Positions 35,493 to 36,704 of a stretch of 36,704 bases of DNA are shown one piece after another. Positions within the stretch are counted from its first letter, which is position 1; the number at the start of each line of letters is the position of its first letter. The notes below the pieces were generated by a model. The model had not been told where the DNA came from. It was given only the letters and a program-made list of their open reading frames with translations, and did no database searches. The DNA lies in sequence record DRR378314_543. One strand, written 5' to 3'. Both the position numbers and the translations under genes were made by a program.

Positions 35493-36704
35493 TTACCGCA
35501 TGCGGATGGAGAAGTTGGTTTCGGCGACGGCATCACTGCTGAACCAGCGGGCTGTGATGGTCTTGGTTTCGGTGTAGAACTTCACCGCCTGCTTGCCGTA
35601 GGCATGCTGGTCACCGTAGAAGGAGCCCTTCCAACCGGTGAAGGAGAAGAACGGCAGGGGCACCGGAATGGGCACGTTGATACCCACCTGGCCCACTTCG
35701 ATTTCGTGCTGGTAGCGGCGTGCCGCGCCACCGGAGCTGGTGAAGATGGAGGTGCCGTTGCCATAGGGGCTGTCGTTCACCAGATTGATGGCATCTTCCA
35801 GGGTGTCCACTTCCATGCAGGCCAACACCGGGCCGAAGATTTCTTCCTTGTAGATGTCCATGTCCGGTTTTACGCCGGCGAACAGGGTGGGCCCCACCCA
35901 GTTACCGTCCGGCAGCCCGTCGACGGTGCAGTTGCGGCCGTCCAGCAACAGGTTCGCACCCTCTTCCGTGCCACGGGTGATCAACGATTCAACCCGCTCT
36001 TTCGCTTTCTTGCTGATGATCGGGCCATAGCTGGCGGACTTGTCGTTCCAGGCACCGGGCCTGACCGCAGCCAGAGCTTCCTTCACTTCCGGAATCCACG
36101 CCTGGGCCTCGCCCACGAAGACCGCCACGGAAATCGCCATGCAACGCTGGCCGGCGGCGCCCACGGACGCACCTACCAGTGCTTTTACAACCTGGTCCTT
36201 ATCAGCATCTGGAAGAACGACCATGTGGTTCTTGGCACCGGCGAAGCTCTGTACGCGCTTCATGTTCCGAGTACCGGTTTCATAGATGTAACGGCCAACG
36301 GGCACGGAACCGACGAAGGATACGGCCTTGATGGCCGGGTCGGTCAGCAGTATGTCGACCTGCTCCTTGCCACCATGGACCACTTGCAGCACACCCTTGG
36401 GCGCACCGGCTTCCTCAAACAGCTCCGCAAGACGCATCGGGGTCAGCGGGTCCTGCTCGGACGGCTTGAGGATAAAGGTGTTACCGCTGGCGATCGCCAT
36501 CGGGAACATCCACAGGGGAATCATGGCCGGGAAGTTGAACGGGGTGATACCGGCACACACGCCCAGGGGCTGGGTGTAGGAATAGGTGTCGATTTCACGG
36601 GCGACGTTCTCAACCGTCTCGCCCATCATCAGGGATGGGATGTTGGCCGCATGCTCCACCACTTCAATGCCACGCCAGACATCGCCCTTGGCATCCTCAA
36701 AGGT
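35493..36704 (-). CDS. mmsA: CoA-acylating methylmalonate-semialdehyde dehydrogenase (5'-truncated by window edge)
   Basis: The frame is open to the window end ([19 protein letters not shown]). It has [38 protein letters not shown] and [12 protein letters not shown] motifs. Confidence 0.93.
   Translation of the reverse strand, partial: TFEDAKGDVWRGIEVVEHAANIPSLMMGETVENVAREIDTYSYTQPLGVCAGITPFNFPAMIPLWMFPMAIASGNTFILKPSEQDPLTPMRLAELFEEAGAPKGVLQVVHGGKEQVDILLTDPAIKAVSFVGSVPVGRYIYETGTRNMKRVQSFAGAKNHMVVLPDADKDQVVKALVGASVGAAGQRCMAISVAVFVGEAQAWIPEVKEALAAVRPGAWNDKSASYGPIISKKAKERVESLITRGTEEGANLLLDGRNCTVDGLPDGNWVGPTLFAGVKPDMDIYKEEIFGPVLACMEVDTLEDAINLVNDSPYGNGTSIFTSSGGAARRYQHEIEVGQVGINVPIPVPLPFFSFTGWKGSFYGDQHAYGKQAVKFYTETKTITARWFSSDAVAETNFSIRMR

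Noticed and set aside
1-36704. tRNA/rRNA genes, IS elements, integrases, prophage genes
   Set aside because: None were recognised. The window is almost fully tiled by identifiable CDSs, with intergenic gaps under 270 bp.

Overview
GC-rich gammaproteobacterial chromosome segment. The gene content and style suggest a Marinobacter-like organism, which is an inference. Both ends are truncated genes. From left to right: (1) the 3' part of a phytoene-desaturase/retinol-saturase-like FAD oxidoreductase; (2) a tightly packed stress/detox block with a divergent WYL (YafY-like) regulator-GST pair, a divergent LysR-azoreductase pair, a gamma-glutamylcyclotransferase and a HipBA-type toxin-antitoxin pair; (3) a putrescine gamma-glutamylation cluster (puuB, puuC, puuA-like; no puuD or puuR in the window), a membrane-anchored EEP protein and a potFGHI-type polyamine ABC transporter; (4) a 655-aa uncharacterised protein translationally coupled to potI that carries a recognisable papain/calpain-like Gln-Cys-His-Asn motif set, the best novelty candidate here; (5) an RND efflux pair without an outer-membrane factor; (6) a Liv-type ABC transporter, hydrolase, thioesterase, acyl-CoA synthetase and valine/isobutyrate degradation genes with LiuR-like boxes. 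I saw no CRISPR array, tRNA/rRNA, transposase or integrase. All calls come from reading motifs by eye; no database searches were run.
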